Notes: a model not told the origin generated them from the letters alone. DNA of 32,000 nucleotides from Candidatus Saccharimonadota bacterium (GCA_041659445.1 JBAZYG010000001.1:270001-302000); one strand, 5' to 3'; counted from the first letter of the stretch, positions 1 to 9,012 are shown. Numbers and translations are program-made.

Positions 1-147
1 TCCTCCAAAATTAAAATCAAAACCATAAGGAATTAATTCTTTTGCGAAAACTTTTTCTGAACTAGGAATTAATTTATCTCCTTCTTCATTTTTTTGAGCA
101 ACAAAATATTCTCCGAATTTTCCTATTAAAAGAATTTTATTTTTCAT
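1..147 (-). CDS. hypothetical protein, N-terminal 49 codons only (gene runs off the left edge)
   Basis: Reverse-strand ATG at 145-147, then an open frame to position 1 (MKNKILLIGKFGEYFVAQKNEEGDKLIPSSEKVFAKELIPYGFDFNFGG). It is absent from the ORF track because there is no stop inside the window. No family recognised. Confidence 0.35.
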   Translation of the reverse strand, partial: MKNKILLIGKFGEYFVAQKNEEGDKLIPSSEKVFAKELIPYGFDFNFGG

Positions 148-204
148 AAATTTCTTATTAAATTACGCTTTATAAGAATTGTTATCTTCTGAAATATATA
201 TTAA

Positions 205-513
205 TTAATAATCAGGTAATTCATCATCAGAATCTGTCAATGTCTTTTGGGCTTTTGGTTTTGTAAAAGGTTTTTTGTCTTTTATTGCAGAAGGATCGTC
301 TTTCATATCTTCAAGAGTGATTGAATTAATCATTTCTCGAAATTTTAAAAAATCTGGTCCTAAAATTCTAACACCTGCTTTTGTAAATCCTGTGTATCTA
401 TCAGAACTTACAAATTCCCTTATTGTTAAACCCTTTCTTCCGCCAAAGTCATCAACTCTTACGACAATTTCTGTTGTATCGTTTTTATTTATTTTACCAA
501 TGTCTTTTTCCAT
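205..513 (-). CDS. PC4/p15-like single-stranded-DNA-binding protein with acidic C-terminal tail
   Basis: The 102-aa ORF contains EIVVRVDDFGGRKGLTIREFVSSDRYTGFTKAGVRILGPDFLKFREMI. This follows the PC4 C-terminal domain pattern as I remember it: V-R-x-F-x-G-K-x-L-x-D-I-R-E-Y ... K-G-I-x-L ... W/F-x-x-L. The tail is DSDDELPDY. Confidence 0.6.
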   Translation of the reverse strand: MEKDIGKINKNDTTEIVVRVDDFGGRKGLTIREFVSSDRYTGFTKAGVRILGPDFLKFREMINSITLEDMKDDPSAIKDKKPFTKPKAQKTLTDSDDELPDY

Positions 514-590
514 AGATTAATTTAATAAAAATTCTTTATAAATGTTGGGTTTTGGAAAGATTTAAAAATAGATTGACTGAAAGTTATACA

Positions 591-995
591 ATGGTAAAAA
601 GATTAACAAAAGAATTAAAAAAAGAATACGAGGAAATTAATGATTTATGGAAAGAAGTTTTCAAAAACATAGAAAATAAATTTTTTGTTAATGAGACTAA
701 AAAAGAAATAGATCAAAAATTCAATAATTTCATTGCCCAATTTATTAGTTTAAACAACGGGTTTACAAAAGAAATGCAACCAGATTATGACGCATATTGT
801 GGAAATTATTTTTTAAATAAAGGAATATTAGAAGAAAAATTAAGAAATTATGATTTTGCTTTAAGAAATTATAATTTATCTAAAATCTTTAACCCATCTA
901 ATGAAGAGATAAATCCCCATTTAGAAAGAATATTAGGAATAATAAAAAATTTATCACATAATTCCCATAATAAAAATTATGAAAATACTTTATGA
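591..995 (+). CDS. hypothetical protein (helical, Lys/Asn-rich)
   Basis: ORF 552-995 in the track begins at a TTG. The first ATG is at 591 (MVKRLTKELKKEYEE...). No recognisable motif. Confidence 0.4.
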   Translation: MVKRLTKELKKEYEEINDLWKEVFKNIENKFFVNETKKEIDQKFNNFIAQFISLNNGFTKEMQPDYDAYCGNYFLNKGILEEKLRNYDFALRNYNLSKIFNPSNEEINPHLERILGIIKNLSHNSHNKNYENTL

Positions 996-1280
996 ACTTT
1001 TTAATTTTTCTTTTTCTTGGAAAATTAATTCTTTAATTTTCAAATTTGGTAGCTTATCCAAATTTATTATTTGTGATTTTAAAGAATAATAAATTTCCAC
1101 ATCTTGAGGAGTTTTTAATAAGGGTTTTATTTTATCTTCGATATTTTTAAATTTTTTACATTGACCCAGATTTGCATTACAAAAAATTCTTTCATTATTT
1201 GTTTTAGAATCTATTTCTTCTACCATATATGGACAGAATGGAAATTTTTCAGATTCAAATTCACACGGATAGTTTTTCAT
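990..1280 (-). CDS. small Cys-rich protein (4 Cys N-terminal module plus helical tail)
   Basis: The track ORF 990-1301 starts at a TTG; the ATG at 1280 gives MKNYPCEFESEKFPFCPYM...IFCNANLGQCKKF. It is the third of three tandem small Cys-rich ORFs on the same strand downstream of rps10. Confidence 0.4.
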   Translation of the reverse strand: MKNYPCEFESEKFPFCPYMVEEIDSKTNNERIFCNANLGQCKKFKNIEDKIKPLLKTPQDVEIYYSLKSQIINLDKLPNLKIKELIFQEKEKLKSS

Positions 1281-1455
1281 TTTTTTTATCTCTTGTTTCA
1301 AAAATATAATTAAATTCTATTAAAGTTAAACCTTTTTTTAAAATTAATTCTTTTGATTCTAAATAATCTTTTTTCCATTCATCACATTTATTCTTTTTTG
1401 TACATTTAGAATCATAAAAAGGACAGTGGATTTTTTCAATTGAACAAATTTCCAT
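1261..1455 (-). CDS. small Cys-rich protein (C-x6-C-x6-C-x5-C)
   Basis: 64-aa ORF MEICSIEKIHCPFYDSKCTKKNKCDEW... with four regularly spaced Cys and then a helical tail. It overlaps the next ORF by 20 nt. Confidence 0.4.
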   Translation of the reverse strand: MEICSIEKIHCPFYDSKCTKKNKCDEWKKDYLESKELILKKGLTLIEFNYIFETRDKKNEKLSV

Positions 1456-1462
1456 AAAAAAT

Positions 1463-1651
1463 TTAAGATTTTATTTCTTTTAAGGATTGTTGTAGTCTAG
1501 AAATATCTTTTTCTAATTTTGATAAAGGTGTTTTTTCTCCTATTTGCCTTTGAGTTTCACAACCTAATGAAGAACAGCATCCAGAATATTTTCCACCAAT
1601 ATATAAAGCGTATTCACAATTTTGATTTTCTTTTGGACAGTAATTAGCCAT
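1463..1651 (-). CDS. small Cys-rich protein (5 Cys) with coiled-coil-like tail
   Basis: 62-aa ORF MANYCPKENQNCEYALYIGGKYSGCCSSLGCETQ... followed by LSKLEKDISRLQQSLKEIKS. It lies 7 nt upstream of the next Cys-rich ORF. Confidence 0.45.
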   Translation of the reverse strand: MANYCPKENQNCEYALYIGGKYSGCCSSLGCETQRQIGEKTPLSKLEKDISRLQQSLKEIKS

Positions 1652-1706
1652 AAGCTTTTGTTAATAGTTTTGAGTTTATAAAAATTATGGTATTTTAAAA
1701 GTATAA

Positions 1707-2015
1707 TTAATCTTTCATTTCAATTTTTATATTAACAGATTTTGGAACCCTCATTCTCATAATATGATGTAGAATTTTTTCATTTGCAGGCAAGTCAATT
1801 AATCTTCTATGAATTCTCATTTCAAATCTGTCAAATGTAGCTGTTCCGTCTCCGCAAGGAGATTTTCTTGTAGTAACTTTTAATTTCTTTGTTGGTAATG
1901 GGACTGGACCAGAAATCGCAATTCCTGACTTTTGTGCTATGTCTTTAATAGAATTACAAATATCGTTTAGCATTTCAATATCTATTGAATTTAGTTTGAT
2001 TCTTACTTTAGGCAT
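1707..2015 (-). CDS. rps10: 30S ribosomal protein S10 (uS10), archaeal type
   Basis: The 102-aa sequence contains SGPVPLPTKKLKVTTRKSPCGDGTATFDRFEMRIHRRLIDL, the hallmark conserved core of archaeal/eukaryotic uS10. Confidence 0.95.
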   Translation of the reverse strand: MPKVRIKLNSIDIEMLNDICNSIKDIAQKSGIAISGPVPLPTKKLKVTTRKSPCGDGTATFDRFEMRIHRRLIDLPANEKILHHIMRMRVPKSVNIKIEMKD

Positions 2016-2091
2016 ATTATGAATATTAAAAATCGATTTAAAAACCTTTTTATAGTATTTTTATTTATATAATCTATAAAAGAAGGTTGCA

Positions 2092-3810
2092 ATGGTTTCA
2101 ATTTTCATACAATTATCAATAATTTTGTTAGTAGCATTCATTGTTTCATATATCGTACGACTTCTAAATCAGCCAATTATTATAGGTTATATTATTGCAG
2201 GAATAATTTTAAGCCCTTTTTTAATTAATTTGGGTGCTTCAACAGATATGATTGATTCTTTTTCTCAATTTGGTATTGCATTTTTATTATTTATTGTAGG
2301 TTTACATTTAAATCCTAAAGTGATTAAAGACATTGGAGTGGCTTCACTTGTCGTTGGTTTAGGACAAATTATTTTTATTTTTGGAATAACTTTTGCAATT
2401 GCATTTAAATTACTTAATTTTGATTTAATTAGTTCTTTGTTTATTGGTATTGCAATTTCATTTAGTAGTACAATTATTGTAATGAAAATATTATCAGATA
2501 AATCTCAGTTAGATTCTTTATTTGGAAAAATTTCTATAGGTATTTTGATTATTCAGGATTTAGTTGCAATTGCAGTTTTAATTTTTATGTCTTCTATAAC
2601 AAAAGGAAAACAAGTTTTTACACCTGGAATTGAGGGAATTTTGATTGGTGCTGGTTTGGTAATCTTATTATTTTTAATTGGTTATTTTTTATTACCGAGA
2701 ATTACCAAAACTGTTGCAAAATCTCAAGAACTTTTATTTTTATTTTCAATTTGTTGGTGCTTTATTATTGCAGCAATTTTTAGTTATTTAGGATTTTCAA
2801 TGGAAATTGGAGCATTAATTGCAGGTGTAATTTTATCTGTTTCACCTTATTCAGCAGAAATTAGTTCTAAAATACGTCCTTTAAGAGATTTTTTCTTGAT
2901 TATCTTTTTTATAATTTTAGGATTAAAAATACAATTTGCAAATTTTGGAAAAATAATTGTTAATGCTTTAATATTCTCGGGAATTGCATTAATTTTAAAG
3001 CCAATTATTTTAATGTTTTTTATGAAATTTTTCAAATATACAAAAAGAACAAATTTCTTAACAGGTATTGCTCTAGGTCAAATCTCTGAATTTTCAATTA
3101 TTATTTTAGCTTTAGGAGTTTCATTGAATTATGTTTTACCAGAAACACTTAATACAATTATCTTGACATTAATAATCACAATTTTGTTATCCACATATTT
3201 AATAATTTATTCAGAGAAAATTTATCAAAAAACCTCAAGGTTTTTTTCAGTTTTTGAAAGTAAAAAAATAAGAGAAGAAAGAAAAGAACATCATTTGAAA
3301 AAAAATTACGAAGCAATTTTATTTGGTTATAATAGAATTGGTTTTAACATTTTAAACTCACTTAAAAAAATAAATAAAGATTATCTCGTCGTTGATTTTA
3401 ATCCAGATATTATTAAAGATTTGAATCAATTAAAAATCCCAGCACTTTATGGCGATGTTTTTGATTTAGAACTTTTAGAAGATTTACATTTGGATAAAGT
3501 AAAATTAGCAGTTTCTACAATTCCGGATTTGGAGACAAATATGCTTTTAATTGAATTTGTGCGTTCTGTAAATCCCGAAGCAATAGTTATTTTAAGAGCT
3601 CATTCAATTGAAGAAGCAATGCAATTATATAATCAAGGAGCAAGTTATGTTTTAACACCTCACTTTTTAGGTGGAGAATATGTTGCAAAAATGATTGCAC
3701 ATTCAAGAACAGATAAAAGATATTATGAAGAAGAAAAGAAAAAACATATTAAAATGTTAACTGGAATAAAAGAAAAAGGACATAAACATCCTGAAGTTGA
3801 AAAAAATTAA
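2092..3810 (+). CDS. CPA2-family cation/proton antiporter (Kef-type) with C-terminal RCK/TrkA-N domain
   Basis: 572 aa. There are about 12 hydrophobic helices over the first 390 aa, typical of Na+/H+ exchanger-fold Kef/CPA2 proteins. A soluble Rossmann-like domain follows (ILFGYNRIGFNILNSL...VVDFNP...GDVFD). Confidence 0.85.
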   Translation: MVSIFIQLSIILLVAFIVSYIVRLLNQPIIIGYIIAGIILSPFLINLGASTDMIDSFSQFGIAFLLFIVGLHLNPKVIKDIGVASLVVGLGQIIFIFGITFAIAFKLLNFDLISSLFIGIAISFSSTIIVMKILSDKSQLDSLFGKISIGILIIQDLVAIAVLIFMSSITKGKQVFTPGIEGILIGAGLVILLFLIGYFLLPRITKTVAKSQELLFLFSICWCFIIAAIFSYLGFSMEIGALIAGVILSVSPYSAEISSKIRPLRDFFLIIFFIILGLKIQFANFGKIIVNALIFSGIALILKPIILMFFMKFFKYTKRTNFLTGIALGQISEFSIIILALGVSLNYVLPETLNTIILTLIITILLSTYLIIYSEKIYQKTSRFFSVFESKKIREERKEHHLKKNYEAILFGYNRIGFNILNSLKKINKDYLVVDFNPDIIKDLNQLKIPALYGDVFDLELLEDLHLDKVKLAVSTIPDLETNMLLIEFVRSVNPEAIVILRAHSIEEAMQLYNQGASYVLTPHFLGGEYVAKMIAHSRTDKRYYEEEKKKHIKMLTGIKEKGHKHPEVEKN

Positions 3811-3858
3811 TTTTTTATATTTCAATAAATTTAAATAACACCTTTGCTTTTTCACAGC

Positions 3859-5139
3859 ATGATAGATATAAATCTAATAAGGGAAAATCCTACTTTAGTT
3901 AAAAATAATATTAAGAAAAAATTTCAGGACGAAAAATTGGTTATTGTTGATGAAATTAAGGAACTTGATGAAAAGTGGAAAAAATTAAAATTTGACGAAG
4001 ATCAATTAAGAGCAGAAAGAAACAAGGTTTCTAAAGCAATTAGTGAATTAAAGAAATCTGGAAAAACAGCTAAAAAAGAATTGGATAGGGCAAAGAAAAT
4101 TCCTGATGAAATTGAAAAAATTGAAGTTAAAAGAAAAAAAATTGAAGAAGATATCGAATATTTATTAATGCAAATTCCAAATATTATGCATGAAAGCGTT
4201 CCTAAAGGAAAAAATTCAGATGAAAATGTTGAAATCAGAAGAATTGGTTCTCCAAAAATTTTTAGTTTTCCTGTAAAAAATTCTGCTGAAATTGCTGAAA
4301 AGATTAATGGAGTTGATTTTGATTCTGCAAGAGAAGTTTCTGGAAATGGTTTTTATTATTTAGAAGGCGATTTAGCTTTACTTCATTCTGCAATTTTAAG
4401 TTTTGCAAGAGATTATATGGTTAAAAATGGTTTTACATATGTAATACCTCCTTTTATGATAAGAGAAAAAATTGTAGGGGGGGTTATGAGTTTTGAAGAA
4501 AAAGATAATATGATGTATAAAATTAACAATGAAGATTTATATTTAATTGGGACAAGTGAACATTCCATGATTGGAAGATTTATTGAAAAAATAATTTCAG
4601 GGAAAAAATTACCTTTTTTATTAACAAGTTATTCTCCTTGTTTTAGAAAAGAAATTGGAGCTCATGGAATGAATGAAAAAGGACTTTATAGGTTACATCA
4701 ATTTGAAAAACAAGAAATGATTGTTATTTGCGAGCCTGAAGATTCTTATAAATGGTATGATAAGATGATTCAATTAAGTTTGGATATTTTTAAGGAATTA
4801 GAAATCCCTGTAAGGGTTTTTGAATCTTGTTCAGGAGATTTAGGAGATTTAAAATCAAAAGGAGCAGATATTGAAGCTTGGAGTCCTATTCAGAAAAAAT
4901 ATTATGAAATTGGAAGTTGTAGTAATTTAACAGATGCTCAAGCAAGAAGATTAAATATTAGAGTTGATAATAAAGGAAAATTATACTTTGCTCACACATT
5001 AAATAATACTGTTGTTGCTTCTCCTAGAATTTTAATTGCTCTTTTGGAAAATCATCAGAATAAAGATGGAAGTATAAATATTCCAAAAGTTCTTCAATCA
5101 TATATGCAGAATAAAAAAAAGATTGAATTCAAAAATTAA
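3859..5139 (+). CDS. serS: seryl-tRNA synthetase
   Basis: MIDINLIRENP... N-terminal coiled-coil arm followed by a class II core (GTSEHSMIG, FRKEIGAHG...GLYRLHQFEKQEM, NNTVVASPRILIALLENHQ). The track ORF starts at a TTG (3844), but the ATG at 3859 gives the canonical SerRS N-terminus. Confidence 0.95.
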   Translation: MIDINLIRENPTLVKNNIKKKFQDEKLVIVDEIKELDEKWKKLKFDEDQLRAERNKVSKAISELKKSGKTAKKELDRAKKIPDEIEKIEVKRKKIEEDIEYLLMQIPNIMHESVPKGKNSDENVEIRRIGSPKIFSFPVKNSAEIAEKINGVDFDSAREVSGNGFYYLEGDLALLHSAILSFARDYMVKNGFTYVIPPFMIREKIVGGVMSFEEKDNMMYKINNEDLYLIGTSEHSMIGRFIEKIISGKKLPFLLTSYSPCFRKEIGAHGMNEKGLYRLHQFEKQEMIVICEPEDSYKWYDKMIQLSLDIFKELEIPVRVFESCSGDLGDLKSKGADIEAWSPIQKKYYEIGSCSNLTDAQARRLNIRVDNKGKLYFAHTLNNTVVASPRILIALLENHQNKDGSINIPKVLQSYMQNKKKIEFKN

Positions 5140-5268
5140 ATTTTTGAGAATTCAACCATAAAAAGAATTAAGTTAATTTTTCATTTCTGAAATTGTTTTG
5201 TTAAATCTGCCATAATTTAATTATTTTGTTATCATAATGTTTATAAACAAGATTTAGGAGTTATTTTT

Positions 5269-5814
5269 ATGATAATTCGACAAGCAGAAGAAAAAGACAT
5301 TAATGAAATTCTTGGCTTATTTGAAAAATTACAAATAAATTTAAATTATTCTGATAATAAACCAGGTTTTTTTAAATATTCAAAGTCTTATGAAGAATTA
5401 AAGAATTTTTTAAACCCTTATTTTTTTGTTGCAGAAAATCAAGGAAAAGTAAAAGGATTTAATCTTGCATGCAGTGTAAGTTTTCTTAAAAACAATTTTT
5501 CAAATACTTCTAGTTTAGAAAAAAAATTTATTTTAAAAAATGTTCAAGGAAATTATGTTTATGTGGATTCATTTGCAGTTGAAGATTATTCAAAGTTAAT
5601 TTCTGGAAGAGTTGCTGAAAAGTTATTTAATAATTTAATGAATTTGTCAAAGAAAAGAAATGTATCAAAATTAATTGGATGTGTTTGTCATGAACCTTAC
5701 TATAACTCAAGATCTGCAAATTGTCTTGTAAATAATGGTTTTAAGTTGACTAATGAAATAAAAATTGAAGATAATATTTTATTAGGTTTATACCAGAAAT
5801 TTTTAAAGAAATAA
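5269..5814 (+). CDS. GNAT-family N-acetyltransferase (putative)
   Basis: 181 aa. The MIIRQAEEKDINEILGLFEKL start is typical of GNATs. YVYVDSFAVEDY...GRVAEKLFNNLMNLSKKRNVSKL fits the beta4-alphaC acetyl-CoA region, though without a textbook Q/RxxGxG/A. AGGAG lies 8 nt upstream. Confidence 0.5.
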   Translation: MIIRQAEEKDINEILGLFEKLQINLNYSDNKPGFFKYSKSYEELKNFLNPYFFVAENQGKVKGFNLACSVSFLKNNFSNTSSLEKKFILKNVQGNYVYVDSFAVEDYSKLISGRVAEKLFNNLMNLSKKRNVSKLIGCVCHEPYYNSRSANCLVNNGFKLTNEIKIEDNILLGLYQKFLKK

Positions 5815-5872
5815 TTTAATATATACTTTCAATCAAAATAATGCTTATAAAAGCATTTTTCCTTGTTCTTTT

Positions 5873-6124
5873 ATGAGAGTTAGAACCAAAAAACAATATG
5901 GAAGAAATGTTTTAAGGCTTGAAACTTCTGGAAAAATTCAGGAAGTCATTTTGAATGAAGATTTTTTAAAACCAAAAAATGCATCTGTTTCTGTTTGTTT
6001 TAGAGGAGAGAAGAGTGCAGGAATTGTGGATTTAAGTGTTGATGAAATTGAAAATTTATACAAAGAAGTTTCATCTAAAATGAAAGGTATTAAAAAAATT
6101 AAAGTTATGAAGTTCAAGAAATAG
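5873..6124 (+). CDS. hypothetical protein
   Basis: 83-aa ORF in an otherwise empty intergenic slot; no motif recognised. Confidence 0.35.
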   Translation: MRVRTKKQYGRNVLRLETSGKIQEVILNEDFLKPKNASVSVCFRGEKSAGIVDLSVDEIENLYKEVSSKMKGIKKIKVMKFKK

Positions 6125-6164
6125 CTATAACAAGATTTTTAAAATAAATTTTATTTTTTATTAT

Positions 6165-7295
6165 ATGTATTTACATTTAAAGACCTTTTTCAAAGTTTCT
6201 TGGTTTATGCTTTTTTACAAAAAGTTTAGTTTCAGAAGATTTTTCTTTTTTTTGGGATTTTTATTCTTCTTTTGGTTGATATGGTTATCTTTAGTTTTTT
6301 TTAGATTTTTAGATAATCTTTTTTATAGAAAATATAAAAAACAAGAAATCAAACAACCAATTTTTATTATTGGAAATCCAAGAAGTGGGACAACTTTTTT
6401 GTATGATTTAATTGCACAGGACAAAAAAAGATTTGCACAGCCTTTTCTTTATCAATCTTTATTTTGTTCAATTACTTTGTATAAAATGATAAAATTTTTC
6501 TCTAGTAAAAGTAAAAAAATTAAAAAATTTCTTGGAAATAGAATTTCTTTTGCAAATAGGTTTTTTAGTAAATTCAAGAGTATTCATGAAATAAAATTAG
6601 ATAAATCTGAAGAAGATGAAGCAATTTTCTTTTTGAATTTTTTATCTCCAAGTGTTTATTTTATTTGTCCATTTGTGGAGAAAATTCCAGAATTAACAAT
6701 TATCGATAATTTAAATTCAAAAACAAGAAAAAAATTAATGAATCATTACAAAAGTTGCATTAAAAGATTTCTTTATGAATTTGGAAATAATCGAACATAT
6801 CTTTGCAAAAATGTAATGTCGACTGGAAAAATAAAAACATTAATTGAAGCATTTCCTGATGCTAAAATTATTTATCCTCTTAGACATCCATATAAAACAA
6901 TTCCTTCTATGGTTAAATTTTATCACTCTGCATGGAAACTGCATTCCCCCGAAATATTAAAGAATTCAAAATCCAAAGAAACAAAAGATTTAGCAAAATC
7001 AATGATGGAATTTTATAAGCATGTTTTAAAAAATAAAGAATCATTAAACAAAAATCTTTTTATTGTCAAATTTGAAGATTTAATTTCAAATCCTGAAAAA
7101 ACAATTAAAGAAGTTTATAAGAAACTTGGGATTAAAATGACTTCTGAATATTTGAATTTAATTAGGAATTTTATCAAAAAACAAAAAAGATATCAAAGTA
7201 AGAATAATTATAATTTTGAAGAATTGGGAATTTCAGAAGAATTTATTTATGAAAATCTGAAGGATGTTTTTAAAGAATATAATTTCAAAAAATAA
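6165..7295 (+). CDS. membrane-anchored sulfotransferase-family protein
   Basis: Hydrophobic N-terminus (FFFFLGFLFFFWLIWLSLVFF). IFIIGNPRSGTTFLYDLI follows, matching the 5'-PSB PAPS-binding loop PxSGTT. A later RHPYKTIPSM matches the 3'-PB motif RxPxxxxxS. Confidence 0.7.
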   Translation: MYLHLKTFFKVSWFMLFYKKFSFRRFFFFLGFLFFFWLIWLSLVFFRFLDNLFYRKYKKQEIKQPIFIIGNPRSGTTFLYDLIAQDKKRFAQPFLYQSLFCSITLYKMIKFFSSKSKKIKKFLGNRISFANRFFSKFKSIHEIKLDKSEEDEAIFFLNFLSPSVYFICPFVEKIPELTIIDNLNSKTRKKLMNHYKSCIKRFLYEFGNNRTYLCKNVMSTGKIKTLIEAFPDAKIIYPLRHPYKTIPSMVKFYHSAWKLHSPEILKNSKSKETKDLAKSMMEFYKHVLKNKESLNKNLFIVKFEDLISNPEKTIKEVYKKLGIKMTSEYLNLIRNFIKKQKRYQSKNNYNFEELGISEEFIYENLKDVFKEYNFKK

Positions 7296-7604
7296 TTATT
7301 TTTTGATTTTGCTTTTGAAATGAGAATAATATAAAATATCTGTGAATTTTAGTTTTGAACTTTCATTTATTTTGAGACTTTTTTTTATTAAATCTCTATC
7401 ATATGTTCTTCTTATTTCATTTTCTTCGTTTAAAAGTAACCGTGTAAGCCCTTTATCTTTGATTCTTTGAATTAAATGATTTTCATTATGTCCTGTTTTA
7501 ATAATTTTAATGTAAGAATTCTCTTTAGAATTATTTATTTCAATCAAATGATAAGTCTGCTTTTGTGTGTTCGCCTCTATTTCGATTACTGGAATGTAAA
7601 TCAT
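7296..7604 (-). CDS. hypothetical protein
   Basis: 102-aa ORF convergent with the sulfotransferase gene; no motif recognised. Confidence 0.35.
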   Translation of the reverse strand: MIYIPVIEIEANTQKQTYHLIEINNSKENSYIKIIKTGHNENHLIQRIKDKGLTRLLLNEENEIRRTYDRDLIKKSLKINESSKLKFTDILYYSHFKSKIKK

Positions 7605-7668
7605 TTAGGGATTATTTCAAATTTCTATTTAAACGTTTAGTTATTAGTAAAAAGTGAAGACTAGTAAG

Positions 7669-7678
7669 TTTTAAAAAT
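7669..7678 (+). promoter_or_regulatory. TATA-like box of the tRNA-Asp promoter
   Basis: TTTTAAAAAT is centred about 28 nt upstream of tRNA position 1 (7701), the expected archaeal TATA-to-start distance. Confidence 0.35.
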
Positions 7679-7700
7679 CAATAAAATCTGTTTTAATTAT

Positions 7701-7772
7701 GCCTCGGTAGTATAATGGCTAGTACACGAGCCTGTCGCGCTTGAGACCCGGGTTCGATTCCCGGTCGGGGCG
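7701..7772 (+). tRNA. tRNA-Asp (anticodon GUC), no encoded CCA
   Basis: Hand-folded cloverleaf:
- acceptor GCCTCGG / TCGGGGC, with two G-T pairs
- D stem GTAT / GTAC
- anticodon stem CGAGC / GCTTG with loop CTGTCGC, giving anticodon GTC
- T arm CCGGG-TTCGATT-CCCGG
- discriminator G at 7772
It is a GC-rich island in AT-rich DNA. Confidence 0.9.
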
Positions 7773-7773
7773 T
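7762..7773 (+). repeat. attL core: CGGTCGGGGCGT (last 11 nt of tRNA-Asp plus 1)
   Basis: Exact 12-nt copy of 26154-26165 in the same orientation. A nearby TTGGAATTTT (7783-7792) also recurs at 26179-26188. Confidence 0.6.
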
Positions 7774-7857
7774 CTGGTCTTTTTGGAATTTTACAGGGTG
7801 TCTATATGTTCAAAATTTGTCCAAATCCTATTTAATTAAATTAGCCGTGGGGGTTGT

Positions 7858-9012
7858 ATGAAAATAGACCCCTATGATCATAAGAAAAAGTATCTTTCAT
7901 GGAAATCATCAATTAATGGCAAAATTCCTGAAATTTCTGAACAGAATTCTCAAATCATTCTTGATTATGTTTTTGATATGGAACATGGACTTAATGTTTC
8001 AAACGTAAGCAAAAAAGGAGCAAGAGGCTATCCAAGAATGAATAATCTCAAGCAAAGAATAATTTTTTTAGTAAAATTATTTGAAGAAAAATATGATTTA
8101 AAAGATATTACTCAAGTTTCTGAAAGAACTCTCCATGATTTTTTTACAAAAATGAGAAATGGAGATATAAGAAGATTAGATGGACAAGTTTATCAATCTT
8201 CAGGAGATTATGTAAAAGTATTCAAAGCTTTTTGGCACTGGTATCAAAAATCAAGTAGAAAAAAAGGCATTGAAGTTTTTGATCTTACTATCGATTTGGA
8301 TGCAAGTAAAGAAAAGCCAAAATGGGTTTATTTAACAGAAGATCAAGTCAAAAGATTAGTAGATAATGCAAAATTTGATTATAAAGTTCTTATAATGTTT
8401 CTTTATGATTCTGGAATTCGATCCCCTACAGAATTAATGAATGTTAAAGTATCAGATTTTTATAACAATTTCAAGGAATTAAATATAAGAGATGAAATAA
8501 GTAAAACTTTTGGAAGAAGAATTAAACTAATGCTTTGTCCCGACTTAATAAAGAGGTATGTTGAAGAAAAAAAATTAAAAGAAGAAGATTATCTTTTTAC
8601 AACTCTTCATTCAAATATGAATAAATATCTTAAAAGATTATCTACAAGAATATTTGGAGATGCTATGAGCCCTGCTGGTCAGAGATATTCTGAGTTAACC
8701 TTGTATGACTTTAGACATTGCTCATGCTGTTATTGGCTTCCAAGATATAAATCAGAATCTGCATTGAAATTTAGATTCGGATGGAAAAAATCAGATAAAA
8801 TACATTATTATTCAGAAATGCTTGGGATGAGAGATACAATTAGTGATGAAGATTTGTTAGTAGATCTTACTAAAACAGAAATTGAAAAAAGATTGCTTAA
8901 ATCTGAAAATGAAAAAAATGTTTTACAAGAAAGAGTTGATGTTTTAGAAAAACAAATGAAAATTATAGCTGAATTAGTTAAAAAAGGTGTCTGGGTTGTG
9001 AGTGATGATTAA
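7858..9012 (+). CDS. tyrosine recombinase / integrase
   Basis: 384 aa. DSGIRSPTELMNVKVSDF is the Arg-I box. LYDFRHCSCCYW is the H-x-x-R box. WKKSDKIHYYSEMLG holds the candidate catalytic Tyr. The gene starts 86 nt after the tRNA. Confidence 0.85.
   Translation: MKIDPYDHKKKYLSWKSSINGKIPEISEQNSQIILDYVFDMEHGLNVSNVSKKGARGYPRMNNLKQRIIFLVKLFEEKYDLKDITQVSERTLHDFFTKMRNGDIRRLDGQVYQSSGDYVKVFKAFWHWYQKSSRKKGIEVFDLTIDLDASKEKPKWVYLTEDQVKRLVDNAKFDYKVLIMFLYDSGIRSPTELMNVKVSDFYNNFKELNIRDEISKTFGRRIKLMLCPDLIKRYVEEKKLKEEDYLFTTLHSNMNKYLKRLSTRIFGDAMSPAGQRYSELTLYDFRHCSCCYWLPRYKSESALKFRFGWKKSDKIHYYSEMLGMRDTISDEDLLVDLTKTEIEKRLLKSENEKNVLQERVDVLEKQMKIIAELVKKGVWVVSDD

Noticed and set aside
275-520. 81-aa plus-strand ORF
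   Set aside because: It is entirely antisense to the PC4-like gene (205-513), which has a recognisable fold pattern. The product is low-complexity and hydrophobic, typical of shadow ORFs in AT-rich DNA.
1261-1301. Possible frameshift in the A8 run joining the second and third Cys-rich ORFs into one gene
   Set aside because: Each ORF has its own ATG and its own N-terminal Cys module followed by a helical tail, the same layout as the first ORF. Two overlapping genes explain the data without invoking an error.
2847-3035. 62-aa minus-strand ORF inside the antiporter gene
   Set aside because: It is a shadow ORF antisense to a confidently called CPA2 transporter.
3844-3858. TTG start extending serS by 5 codons (MLFHS)
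   Set aside because: The ATG at 3859 yields MIDINLIRENP, the canonical SerRS N-terminus. The extension adds non-conserved residues.
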